A DNA stretch of 48,858 bases, filler included, from Bipalium vagum (taxonomy: Eukaryota): the NCBI GenBank assembly GCA_037834085.1. It is 2 parts of 2 records of this genome, joined end to end, with 100 filler letters (N's around TTAATTAATTAA, not from the genome) between each part and the next. Parts side by side here need not be neighbours in the genome. Positions count along the whole stretch, not along the records: positions 18,742 to 48,858 come from JBBMKC010005356.1; 1 more part is not named here. One strand, given 5' to 3'. Positions within the stretch are counted from its first letter, which is position 1. Each line of letters begins with the position of its first letter. The notes under the pieces were generated by a model, which ran no database searches, had not been told where the DNA came from, and saw only the letters and a list, made by a program, of their open reading frames with translations. Both the position numbers and the translations under genes were made by a program. Shown here piece by piece: positions 24,244 to 36,838 of this stretch.

Positions 24244-27179
24244 GTAATAGTTTCGTTTCCTTTATTTATTTTATATTTCATAAAAAGTACAAAGTTTATT
24301 GCAAAATTTAAAGCCAAAATGTATTGATTTCTTAAAAGTGGTCCTAAAATATTAATTATTATTGACAAAACTCAATAGTTGAAAATGTTATTAATATTGA
24401 AAAAAAGTTCCATTCTTCATTATATTATCAGATTTTACCAGAGATTGTCTAACGAAAAATTCGGGTTTTTTCTCCGAAATATTGTAACAAATTTATAAAT
24501 AATAACAATAATAAAGGACTGTGTCGGGTCGTTACTGAATTCCAAAAATAAGCCTTTTGAAAAAAACTCATTATATTGTTTTATCTATAATATTTTATTT
24601 ACTCATCACTGATTGCAGAGATAAACATTAGGGTTTAATAAACAAAGATCAGATTTTGTTCAAACATTTTATACAATCAAAACCAGCTTGGAATTAAAGT
24701 GTGATTGTGATTTTTAATTTTTTCATTTAATATGTCGAATGAATTTCAATTAATTATAACAAGAAAAAACTTCTCTTGTCATTTTTTTTCAGTCAGGTTA
24801 CGTTTTAGGAAAATTTTAATTATTATCTTTCGATCAACAATTATGTTAAGAATATTATAATTTTCCCTTTTTTATAATAAATTTTATTTCATAAATTTTC
24901 GCTTTTTTCTGTTAAAGGTAATGACTACCGATCACTTTGGCGGTAATCTAGAGATAAAAGCATTTAATTTTATTCCATTTTTTGCCTTTTAATTCATGTT
25001 AATAATTAATTTATAGTTAGTTTCTGGGTTTCATAATTCTAATAATACCAACACAAATTTTTTTTATTACCATTTTTTTTCCAGCTTGAAAGCAATTTCC
25101 TTAAAGTTTAGTATCGACAGAAGACCTGGTGAACGATAAAATCTGTGGTCGGATAAAATCACATCGATTTATTGTTATCTCGGATGGTGTTAAGTCGGTT
25201 GAATGGTAACTGTTAAGTAGTGATATTCTAATTATTTGTAGTGGGTTTACTATCAGAGCATGGTAATGTGAAAATGGTGAAAATGGAGTTTTAAAAGTAA
25301 GATAAAGTCGTTTTGAACAATAGAACGAATCGGATTTACAAAATTCGAGTGTGAATGATATTAAATTGAAAATCACTTAAAAATAACAAAGTGCTTTAAT
25401 TTCTATCACCCATTAAGCCATCTGAGACTGATTTCAATATTGAAACGATCTGATCTGAAGATGATATGGGAAACGACAATGTTTCCAGTTGGCTCAAAAC
25501 GCTAAAAGAAACTCTAAGCGTTTCCGAGTTTTGTAGAAATTAAAAACAATAATCTATCGATAAACAAGTGAACATTAATTTTCCTTAAAATAAATAATTT
25601 TAATTTCACGCACAATAATTTTTTCAGGTTTCTGGCTCTGTGAAAAATGAGCGATTTCCAAAGTTAATTTGTTCTTTTTAGACAATTTCGCCGGAATTGA
25701 AAATTGACGTATTCGCTTTGAAATTCTAACTTTGATTGAAAATTATCTTTGACTAAAATTAACAAGATAACTGAGTTGGAGCTCTACCAGTGAATTCGAC
25801 AGAAATTTGTCTCAGTTTTTAATGTTTACTTTTCCCAACTTTTCTTAAAATCATTAATATATTTATATTATCAATTTATATCTTACTTCCCGTCTTATAT
25901 AGTCTGATAATTAAATAATATTTCAATGGAGAATTCTATATTTATCGTGAATATTTTATAATAATAATAATAACAATAATAATAATAATAATATAAACAT
26001 TGATCTTTTCGTAAGTAATCGATACTACATTGTTATGAATTAAATTTATTGAAAAATATTGATTAATCAATTTGTTTAATTATTTTAAAAATGGGAGAAA
26101 AATCCGTTGATAATTTTTACCATAAAAATTTAAAAATAAACAAAAAAATTGATCAAAAATAATGTCGGTTTAAAATAGACGAAAAAAGTTCAGATTATTT
26201 ATGTCGCAAATAGTAGTGTGATTTATTATTAGGAAAAGAAATAATTTAATTATTACAATGGTTCATATTTGAAAATATTATTTTTATTATTGATTCTATT
26301 TTTGTTAGGCCAATGATTATTTATTAATTTTTTGTTTTAATAAATTAATGAAGGTCAATTTTAAGTATCCTGGTGGATGTTCTTTGTACACCATTTCTGT
26401 GATTACTCTTTAGATTTTTAATGTTAAATAATGATGAAACTAAATTTCCAAGTTCGAAGTTAATTAATTATCTTAAATAAAAAATTATTTTCATAAACGA
26501 ATTACATTTTTTTAAAAATGTTATGAGAATTTTCTAAAAATAAGTATATAAAGTTTCTTGATTACGATTTTTAAAAAATATTGAGAATAATTAAATTTTC
26601 TTAAACACTAAATTAGGATGGATCACTCAAAAACTAAGAAATATTCCTTGAGATAATTGTGACTCAATTTTGAATTGCGTTTCAATAATACAGATAGTAC
26701 TCATAACTTGTCAGTAACTAACAAGCTTAAAAGACTATTTTTCAAGCATTACGACGGGTTCCTGAGACGAAAACCGCGTGGTTTTTATTAATGTTTTAGA
26801 ATATTTGATGCAACTATTCTCCAGGAATAAATAAAGTTGGAAATTGTTTGGAAAATTTGTAAACATCGATAATTTTTTATTAAAGGAATTTTGTTTAAAT
26901 TGAAATCTTGTCATTTTAAGTTGGTTCTAAAGCGACAAATACCCACTAATTTTATCAATATTGTTGAAATCTAATTATTACATTTGATCGAAAATATCCT
27001 TGTTGAATTTTAGACATTCTCTAAAATCATTCCTCTATTCAATAGGTCAAGCTCAAGGTTTTATGTTCTCTTAATTAATTTTAACACATTTTTCTTTCGT
27101 ATTAATGTTTTAAATGTTTTTTTTATTCAAGGTTATAATATTTACAAATAAAAATAACCAAGTAAGAATACAAAACTGT

Positions 27180-28160
27180 TATGAAAATTATTCTCCATTC
27201 ATTTCAATTAATTTTCTCGACCGTTTAGTCAGCTTCATTATTCCTCGGCAAACCAAATGGCATCCTTTGAAGGAAAGAACAGAAAGGAAGAAAATAGTTG
27301 CGTATTTCATCATTGCTTTCAAATCACTTTCTTTACAAGAAGTGTTGCCAACAGGAGGTAATCGCTTGGAGTTTATTCTGGAGAAAAAGGTGTTTCAACA
27401 ATCGATCAAAGCCAAGTTCATCAATTTTTGTAGTTTTCATTATATAACGAGGAGGTTTGAATCATTGTGCAAAATCATAATTTGAATTCGTCGACAGAAC
27501 CTGAAGCGATGATGTAAGTGGTCTAATTGTCTGCAGTTGTTTTAGAATTGACCTTCTGTTTTGGTTCTTACAAATTCCAATATTCAATTCTACGAACCTA
27601 CCAAATTATTTTGTAACGAAAACCCTTCTTAGCGGCTTGTATTTATTTCCTCTTCAATCGCTTGTCATTCGTGATGAGGATTCGGATTCTTGTAGCTGAT
27701 CCACTTTTGATAACTTGTAATTTGATTGATTTTTTTTAAAGAAAGGGGTCTTCTTTAGTTGATTCAACAAAGTTTTCGAAACATTAACATGTCTTTTCTT
27801 TTGAGCATCAGTTATTTCATCCGGAATCGTCCGTGTCTCCTTCCAAATCTTCCTAAGCTTGTGCAATATGTCCAGTTTTATTTTCAGACTAGTTGAAATC
27901 ATCGGCTAACATCTGATATTTCATTGGTGAATTTCCTTCGATAAGAATTTCTAGCATTGACCTTCGAAAATCATCTTCAGGCAGTAAATCTGTTAATAGT
28001 TCTTTCTCGATAAGATTCACAAAATCCTCGAGCACGTTTGAAAGTATTCATTTCCAATTTATGTTGAACATGAAGTAGTAAACGTGTTTCTTTTCTAGAC
28101 AACTTCATTCAGACAGACAGCAAACTTTCAAGCAGAATCAAAATTTTAAAATAACAACAA
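27180..28160 (-). mobile_element. mariner transposon relic
   Basis: LHKLRKIWKETRTIPDEITDAQKKRHVNVSKTLL...PFF...ITSYQKWISYKNP (degenerate WVPHEL and TGDEKW), with C-terminal GIMKLTKRSRKLIEMNGE. Confidence 0.78.
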
Positions 28161-28163
28161 TTA

Positions 28164-29174
28164 TGATGGCTAACCTAAAAATTTTCCGTCGTTTTTTAAG
28201 TAAAAAAACAAATAACCTTTTTTATATATAACAAATAAACTTTATTTAATCAAATATTTCCCTTTTTGATCTACAACCTGTCGCCATTTATCTGGTAAAG
28301 TCATAATAATATCTTTCTGTTGAGTAAATGTGACCGGTTTTTTTTCATCGCTTGATTTAATCTATCAAGTTGATCACAATAGAGTATGGAATCAATTCTC
28401 TGACCGGGTTCCAAAAGCTCAATACACGATTCCTTTCCAATCCCAGAAAACATATAGCATCACTTTTCTTGAGGACAATCTTAGCTTCGCAATCGTCTGT
28501 GGAGCTTCATCTTTTTTGGACCACGATCTTTTTGTAATATTATTATCATAGGTGATCCATGTTTAATGTCCAGTAATCATTTTTTAAGAAACAATTTCTT
28601 TCCAGTAAAGAATTACAATTCAAAATTCTCCTGATTAAATGCTTTTCTGATAACTTATGAGGCACCCAATTATCAAGCTTCTTCTTCTAATCAAGTTTAT
28701 TAAGATGATTAAAAACCAATTGCTGACAAATGCCTAGATCCTTGGCAATATGATAACTGATTATGTGCCGGTCTTGATTGATTCGTTCTTTTCTGCGATT
28801 GGTCGGTCCGAACAGGGGCGTCTTTTAAATCAGTTTGGTTTTGGAGAAATTTTTCGAACCATTCTCGAACCGCTCTTTCTAAAACAGCATTAGACCCATA
28901 AACCGCACATATTTTTTTGGTGGCATGACTCGCATTTTTCTTTTTCAAAAAATAAAATTTCATGATGCATCGAATTTCTTATTTTGAATTTTTTGTGACA
29001 TCTCTAAATTCACATAAACAAATGATATTATAAAAAAATTATGATTTAGCTATTCTAGCTAATTGATTTTATTATTTGAATTCTTAAAATTGATTTTCAA
29101 ATTTATAATAAACTGTAATTAAGCTTAAACTAACCGATGACAAAAACTGGGGAAACTTTTTAGGTTACCCATTA
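28164..29174 (-). mobile_element. Internally deleted mariner (mellifera-like), both TIRs present
   Basis: TA-flanked imperfect TIRs T(G/A)ATGG(C/G)TAACCTAAAAA.TTTCC...GTTTTT. Peptides KKLDNWVPHKLSEK, MITGH*TWITYDN, KVMLYVFWDWKGIV and IMTLPDKWRQVVDQKGKYLIK*. Confidence 0.92.
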
Positions 29175-30989
29175 TATAATAATAACATTTGTTCTTAATT
29201 TTTTTGAGGCGCTAAACTTTGTACTTGACCTAATAAATCTGCTATCCTTTCTTAATTCAGATATATTGATTTGAAAGTGTTTGTTTAAAGAATTGCTCTT
29301 CAGCCTTTTTTGAAATGTTTTAATTTTTTTATTAATTCATATTCATTAAATTTCTTCAGTGAATATAATTTGTTCCTTATTATTTTAAGAGAATTTATTG
29401 TCTATATATTTTTCTAAGAAAAATAGTCTAAGAATTGTATGAGAATATAATTTTCGAAAGAACTTCAGCAATATTTCAGTATTTTTCTTTTTTCCTCCAG
29501 TAGGAGTTCCAAAAAATATTACAGATTTTAATTTTTCTATTCGTTTATCCTGGCAGTGCTCATTTCATATTAAAACATTCAAAAATTATTTTTCGTCATC
29601 TGTTTATTGATCTTAACTATTTTGTATTTGTCTTAAAGTATAAGTTAATTATTTTAAAGATAATTAACTTATATTTTTCTTGATCCATCGTTAACTTGTT
29701 TTGATCTTAGTTCAAAATTCATAGTTCTATATGTCATAAAGAATATCGTTTATATGGTTAAAACACGACTAGTATATCTTTAGAAATCTGGTCTATTCAA
29801 GTGGTACCAGTGTTGTTAGTAATGGTAGAGTGTCCCAAAACGGAATTCGACGAAGGCTGTACCGATCGGAATATTTTCTGCCAACTATTTATCTTTTGCA
29901 GTTATTCGTTAATATAAGCCGACATTGACAAGATTTAATCTGGTTTTCACTATTGATTTGACGCTTCATGTATATCTTTAAATTCCTTCTCCGTCATTTC
30001 AAATTCATACTTAACTATGAATTACATTTTGTTATTTTTAGTAAAATTCTTTTCTGATTTTATGCAACAAATGTGTTTAACTTTTCCACTTGACCTCTTT
30101 GTTTATTATACTTCAGATCCTGATCCTCAGTATATTTCACTAAGTTGGGAACAACTTACCAGGTAGGTCAAAATGAAAAGTGATTAAAAATGATTCTCAT
30201 TTCAGTTGTTGAATTTGGTGTTAGATCATAATTGATTTCGTCTCATGTTGTTTTTTTTACGAAAAATGATCTATTTATAAAATAAAGATGATCGAGGATC
30301 CTTTCATTAGAGTTTTGTTTTAATGACCTTCTATGTAAATATTTAGTTTTATATTTAAAAATCATAAAAAATATCATACAAGGTGCAACTTGTTTTCATT
30401 AAATCATGGTCAGTGTTTATTATTGAAGGAGTATTAATTAAACATTTACATATGAAGGTCAATGGTGGTTTAAATCAGACATTTGTTGATAGAGCCAAAA
30501 TGTTAAAATAGTCCTTATTTTTAGAGACAGATAAAATAACAAAATGGAAAAACAAATTGTAAATTATAATTTTGTGTTAGACTTGTTCCATTCACTTATA
30601 TTTCAATTCTTTATTTTCTGTCTGTACACTTCAGCGTCTAAATCAATACACTTTCACTTGTTCTTTAAATATTATATAATCAGGAACCGTCATGAGAAAT
30701 GAAGGATAGGTTGAACAAACCTTTCATGACTCTCCATCAAATAAACCAGTCTTCATAAAAGATACGGTTCCAATTTTTTAAATGCATTCAAGTTTGTTAT
30801 TTTTTCATATCATTTCATATATGAAATAATTCTTAGGGTATTTAAAATGGTAGCAGTATTTCTTAATGAGTTCCACAAAATGATGACCAAGCGCAGACTG
30901 GAGAATAAAACCTTCAAATATTTAATAAAAATGCAAAATTTTACCGTAATAACTTAATTTATCTCTGGTGTCAACTTGTTTAACTAAAA

Positions 30990-31920
30990 GTTAATTTGAA
31001 ACAAATAATATGATATGAAAAGCAGATCTTCCAAATATTTTAAAAGAATTTATTTATATAAAGAAAGAATTTATCGGTATCTTCACGAAACAGGAACGTT
31101 TAAACATATACCAGGAAGACCAAAAACCGGAAGAATAACAGAAATGGAAGAGGATGTCCGTGATATGATTGAGGAAGATCCACATACTTCAACTTCATAC
31201 TTATAATTAGGCTTGAATGTGAGTAATTAAATTTTGGGATAACGAATACTTTTCCCGTACCACATTAAACGTGTTCAAGCACTTCTTAACAGGGATTTTT
31301 CTCCGGGAATATTATTTTGTCAATGACTGAAACAAACATTGTCTCAAAATTCTCAATATTCTGTTTACCGATGAATGAATTTTCTCAAAAAATACTATAA
31401 TGAATTTCCATAATAATCATATCCAATATCAGTTTTATTGAACGCTAGGGTGGAATTGTGGGTAGTAGTTGTGATTCTATAAAGAACACTTATCGCTGAA
31501 TTATGCTGTAGGTTTTTGGACGATAGGCTGCCTGAGTTGCTTGAGGATATACCATTTGTAATGAAAAAGGTCATTTGCTTTATACATCATTTCTCATTAC
31601 GCATTTTAGTAGACCTACTCGTTGGTTACTAAATGCAACATATCATGATCGCTGGATTGGTAGAGTGGACCTCTTGTATGGCCTGCTAGATCTCCAGACT
31701 TGAGTTCCATTGATTATTTTTTATGGGGATATTTAAAAGTTAGCTTATAAGAAGCTAGTGAAAAGGGAAGATGACTTCTGTACTCGCATAGTCAATGGAT
31801 GCAATTCCATAAGGAACATTCCTGTTGTTTTCGAAAGAATGCATAATTCATTGAGAAGATTGGATTCATGCATATTAGCTGGTTGGGGTCATTTTCAAAA
31901 GTTCGGTTGCAAATAAAATT
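30990..31920 (+). mobile_element. DD41D-type Tc1/mariner transposase relic
   Basis: LHETGTFKHIPGRPK...IEEDPHTST, LFPYHIKRVQALL, ILFTDE, RWIGR and VWPARSPDLSSIDYFLWGYLK. Confidence 0.85.
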
Positions 31921-31959
31921 TAGATTTTGGGAAAATAAAAATAGGAGTAAAATGATTTT

Positions 31960-32915
31960 GATTAAGTAAATTAATAAGGTTCTCATCTTTATGAGAACTG
32001 TAACTATCTAATATTAGAATTGATTCTATTTTGTTTTTAAAAGGTCCTAGATTAACCAAGCATTTATAAATCCATGTTTTCATGATTCTTTCTTCATTGT
32101 TCCTGATTTAGATGTACGTCCATTTTTAGTTATTTTACATTCTGGTAGATTTCTTAAACCTTTAAATTTAACCAATATTTTAGAAAATGTACCAGCGAAT
32201 GATATGGTTAAAACTGCAGTAAATCGGTTATTGCCTGACTATTTCTGTCAATTTTTTTATTGTCTCTATATTAAATATACTAATTAATATGCGTTAATAA
32301 AATATGCTAACTTTATATATTCTTAAAATTTATATTTATTATATTTTTAGAAGTATTTTATTTCTAATTTAATATTTTATTTAATTTTTTATACTTTATT
32401 AATAATTTTTTATTTAAATTTCTATTTTTAGAATATATAAGTTTCTAATTCTATATATTTAAGAATTTATGTTTTAATAACAATAATTATAATAATTTAA
32501 AATTGTTAGGGAAATTAAAGTTTTAGAGTTTTTTATTTTACAACATAGAAATTGATCAAAAAATTAAGGTTTACATTATTGTCACAAAACTAATAATTTT
32601 TGTCTTTTTTTCAGAGTCTCACACAATTATTACGACCCATAAAATTAGATATTCTTTTCCTGAACAATTTCAAGTGCCTTTTGGCGTAATGACCTAAAAG
32701 AAATTATTCATTTCTTTTCTCTCTAAGACAGCCAATTTATAAAATAGCTTCTATGTTAGGAAACAATGGTTTTCTTTCTGATGTCATATGCCATTGGATT
32801 TTTTTGAATGGTTGATTTAAAAATTAATCTTTATTTCTCCAAGATCTCAATTGTTTATTAGAGATACATAAAGCTCTAGATGTAGCACTTACATTAACAT
32901 TGTTCATTTTAAAAT
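31960..32915 (-). mobile_element. pogo-family transposase relic
   Basis: DDE-region ILILDSYSSHK and NRFTAVLTISFAG...KFKGLRNLP (31960-32240). N-terminal NVSATSRALCISNKQLRSWR...RKPLFPNIEAIL...LRQKALEI (Brinker/CENP-B-like HTH, 32650-32910). Confidence 0.78.
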
Positions 32916-33289
32916 TTTTCTAAAATTTCTAATTTTAACTTTACCATATAAGGCTTTCTTAGATAGAAATATTTGAGTTATTTTTCATTGAAAATGATAT
33001 TAAAATAAAAAATATTGAAATTCTTATTTTATCAATTCAACAATTAAAATATATTCTAGAATAATTAATTAATTCTAAATTAGATACCAAATTAGATAAT
33101 TTTAAACAAAGACTTTTATGATTCTCGACATATTAGTAATTTAAATTTTGCATGAAATTTAATATTAAAATACTCAATCCATCAAATAAATATCATAAAA
33201 AAAATATCACAAAGCGGAAAACTTAGAAAACTAAAAAAATAAAACTAAAATAAACTCACTTGAAAATATTACCAAATGCTTATTTTCGG

Positions 33290-34265
33290 AGAAATCCTGT
33301 AATTGTTTTTCTTAAACATCAAAGTTCGCGACTCTTGACGGTATTTTCTCGTCTATAATTTCTAATATCTTGCCTACTGCTCCATTCAGCTATTGCATTC
33401 AATGCTGGGTCTAAAAGGCATTGCTCTCTACCCTGAACTCCCACTGTGAAGAAACATACTATTTCCACTCATGGTAGTAATAGCAAATTTTCATCAAATA
33501 TTATGTCTCCCTCTGCTTCCTTGAACTGGGATTAAGTTTCCTGTAACTAGGTCATAACCACTCCTTATAATTGGAATAAAATGTCCATTCCGAACAATCC
33601 ATCATATGGACAGTTACTCACATACCATTACTTTTTTTATGACCACCAATCCAGTACACAATACTTTACATAAAAATTCAAAACTTTTACCTGTCACTGT
33701 TCAAAGACCTGACGCCAGTTGCATTAAATCCTTCTCTCATCAGTCAGGACATTATATTTGATTATTGTTACTGTTGCTCCTGAATTTAATAATGCTGATA
33801 AAACCAGCCGTTGATCTTCACTTTAACCACGTTTTTATCGTCCGTTCTGTATTTGTCTTGATTGCTCATTCTCAGCATATTGATACGATGTTTATATACA
33901 AGAATACCCAATCTGGTTACTTCCCATTGATTTGATTCTTGGTCTGAAAATTTTTCCTGTGGTGACTCAGTTATTACCCTTTCTCCTTCTGGTATTTCGT
34001 CGTACACAGAAAAATCTAACACTTAATATTTTTGAGCCCACTATCCTGTTAATGACGTATACCTTACAGGTACCATTGGCAAATTTCTCTTAATTTTTAA
34101 ATATTCTCCACTTGTTGGTGCTGTCGGTGCCACTTCTTCTTTCTTTCTTTTGGTTTCGTGGCTTGGTTATAGAAAAATTCCGATTCTCCTCCGTTGCAGC
34201 TTGACGAACTGCTTCCTCTTTTTAGCACCATCCACACTTCATGATCAAGCTTGTCTTTCCTTTTT
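33290..34265 (-). mobile_element. Ty3/gypsy-like LTR retrotransposon relic (gag end + aspartic protease)
   Basis: VVKVKING...SALLNSGATVTII (D-S-G-A active site with D>N, ~33760-33800) and downstream YDGLFGMDIL. A degenerate zinc knuckle lies upstream. Confidence 0.72.
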
Positions 34266-34268
34266 CGT

Positions 34269-35140
34269 GATAAAGGAAATAAAGAAATCATGGATGACAT
34301 AGGTCTACGACAGTTATTCGAATTTAGTACAAAAATGTATTGTTTATGTTCAACAACGAATGATACAAGCAAACAGATGGAATAGCCACGGGGTCGCCAT
34401 TAGGACCAACATTATCATCAATATTCATGGGTTACTTAGAAAAGGTAATCGACAATTACCAAGGAAGTAAACTACTGAATAATAAAAGTTACGTTTATGA
34501 TGTATTTTAATATTTGAAAGTGAAAATCAAATCAATTCATTTTAAAAATACATGAATAGTCTGCATGAAAATATTAATTTCACGATGGAGAAAGAAAGAA
34601 ATGAAAAAATACCATTTCTAGATGTTATAATTAAAAAGGAGAAATTAAATAATAAATTAAAGATTAATATATTTAGAAAAGAAACGGATACAGGTCTATA
34701 TATGGCAAACAATAGTTTCTATGTAGAAAGATATAAAAGTTGATTAATAAAATGATTAATTTATAGAGTATGGTCTTTAACATCAGATTATAAAGAGATA
34801 GATAAGGAGCTGGATATTATAAAAGAAAGGTTGAAAAAGAATGCATATTCAGATAGAAATAAAGAAAAGATCATTAATGGAACAATTAGCAGATTAATAA
34901 CTGGAAAAAAAAGATGAAAGAAAAGTGAAAATAGAAAAGAAGAGTTCAAGAAAAAACTGTTGAGCATGAAGATCTAAAGTTGATTTCAATGTCAGTAAAA
35001 ACGAAAAATTTTTAAAAATTAAAACGCCAACACCTGAAATATTGCAAGCTAATATTGTATATGTATTTAAATGTCATGGTTGTAATAGCCTATACATAGA
35101 GAAGACAAAGCACCACCGGAAAACATGTATTAGTGAAAAT
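34269..35140 (+). mobile_element. Penelope-like retroelement relic (RT + GIY-YIG endonuclease)
   Basis: YKQTDGIATGSPLGPTLSSIFMGYLE, YVYD (from YVDD), NSLHENINFTMEKERNEKIPFLDVII, IFRKETDTGLY, then ANIVYVFKCHGCNSLYIEKTKHHRKTCISE. Confidence 0.92.
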
Positions 35141-36284
35141 TTTCAATTAAGCAGAATGAGTAAAGTTTTAGATAATTCTTTAAATTCTATAAAATTTAAA
35201 ATATACCGAAATATTATGAAATATATAAATATGCTTAAACCTTTTGTTGAATTACCGGAAACTATAAGATCAAAAAATGATCGTGATAATTTTATAATAA
35301 ATAACTATAAGATGAGAATAGGAAGATAAAAAAAATTTTAATTTGAGAATAATACAAAATTAGAATTCAGAGGTTAAATCATAGGAATGATGATAATCAA
35401 CATTGAAAATTATTTAATAATAAATAAATATATTAGTGGAAATTTAAGAGTGAGAATATAAAGATATATCGATGATTATATCAAGATGAAATAAATAAAA
35501 AAACTACAAGATTATAAAATTTACAAACGAAAAAATTCATTTGATCAATTTGTAAATATAAAAATATTTATCTGTTAAAAAGCTAATCATAATAATGTTT
35601 ATCATTTAATTTTAAAATATTTTTTTAAAAAAAATAGAAATCCAGATAGAAAATGATAAGAAAAAGGTTTTAATAAATTTGATTTAGATTCTGATAATAT
35701 TTTTACTTTATTATTTTTTAAAAATTCCTTAAGATGCTAATGAAAATAAAATAGTTACATTTGGTAAAACAAAGGATTTGTAAAAAATAATATTAATTCT
35801 GATAAACTAATTTTTGAAAAGAAAGAGTTTAGTTTTAAATAATCCTAATAATCTTTATGCAGAAAATAAATCAGAAAATTATGAAATAATTGAAAGCATA
35901 AAATTTAAACTAACAGGAAATAATTATGAAAATTTTAATAAGATCCAAATAGATGAAATAAAAATTTATGATTTTTTTAAAAATTTAATAAAAGACAAAT
36001 AAAATATTTAGAAAATGGAAATGTAACAAATTATCCATATGGATATTAGTTAAATTGTAAATTTTTGTATACCAACTAAAATAAGACAAATGATTAACTC
36101 CATTATTTCTAAGAACTAAAAGATTATCAGATTTTTGTAGATTTGATTTTTTTTTGCAGAACCAAAAATTTTAATTTTTTTTATAGAAATAATAACTAAA
36201 AAAAAATCAAATTTTCATTGTTACTTAAAATTAACTAAACATAAAAAATTAATCAAATTTCGAAATCAAATTTTCCTTTCAAAA

Positions 36285-36838
36285 ATGGAAAAGAAACAGT
36301 ATAATAAATGTTTTCAAATAAAGTCGGTTACAGAATTTTATTTTAAAAATAAATAATTGTAAATGTTGTCACAGGACCGATATTAATAATCATAGAAGTA
36401 TTCCGGAAATTAAATATAATATAATGATTATCATAGAAAAAGAAAAAATGAAAATCTAATGTTAAAATTTAGACAAAATTTTTTATGCTATCTTAAATAG
36501 GGCTTTAAAAGAACAAAGAACAGAAGAATTATTTGGATGTTGTTTTGATTTTCTAATTAATTGGTTTGAATTTCAATATTTTGATGCAATAACATGGGAA
36601 ATTCAAAGACATTACTTGACTTAGATTTACCAGTTTCAAAATTTAATCGAAATAATAAAAAACAATTAATGTGTTGATATAATTAAAAAAAAATTTAAGA
36701 CCTTTAACTGTTCAAAAGAATTTATCAAAAAGTAATAAAATAGATTATTGGCAATATATCTTTCAAGAAATTAAAGCAAAGTATTTTATAAAGGAATATG
36801 AAAAGGAAATGATAATCTTTAATAATTTTTTAAAATGA
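36285..36838 (+). pseudogene. Frameshifted virus-type Zn-ribbon + HNH (endonuclease VII-like) nuclease gene
   Basis: Stitched translation: MEKKQYNKCFQIKSVTEFYFKNK/NCKCCHR.../NDYHRKRKNENLMLKFRQNF/NRALKEQRTEELFGCCFDFLINWFEFQYFDAITWE/..DLDLPVSKFNRNNKKQLMC*YN*K/NLRPLTVQKNLSKSNKIDYWQYIFQEIKAKYF. This follows, in order, the pattern C..C...K...EF...CK.C; T.ELLGC...FL..W.E.QF...MTWEN...W.IDH..P.S.F...CFNW.NL.PL....NLSK..K. Confidence 0.72.

Noticed and set aside
24922-24952. Hairpin GACTACCG...CGGTAATC followed by CTAG as a Helitron 3' end
   Set aside because: CTAG overlaps the stem and is not followed by T; no other Helitron evidence.
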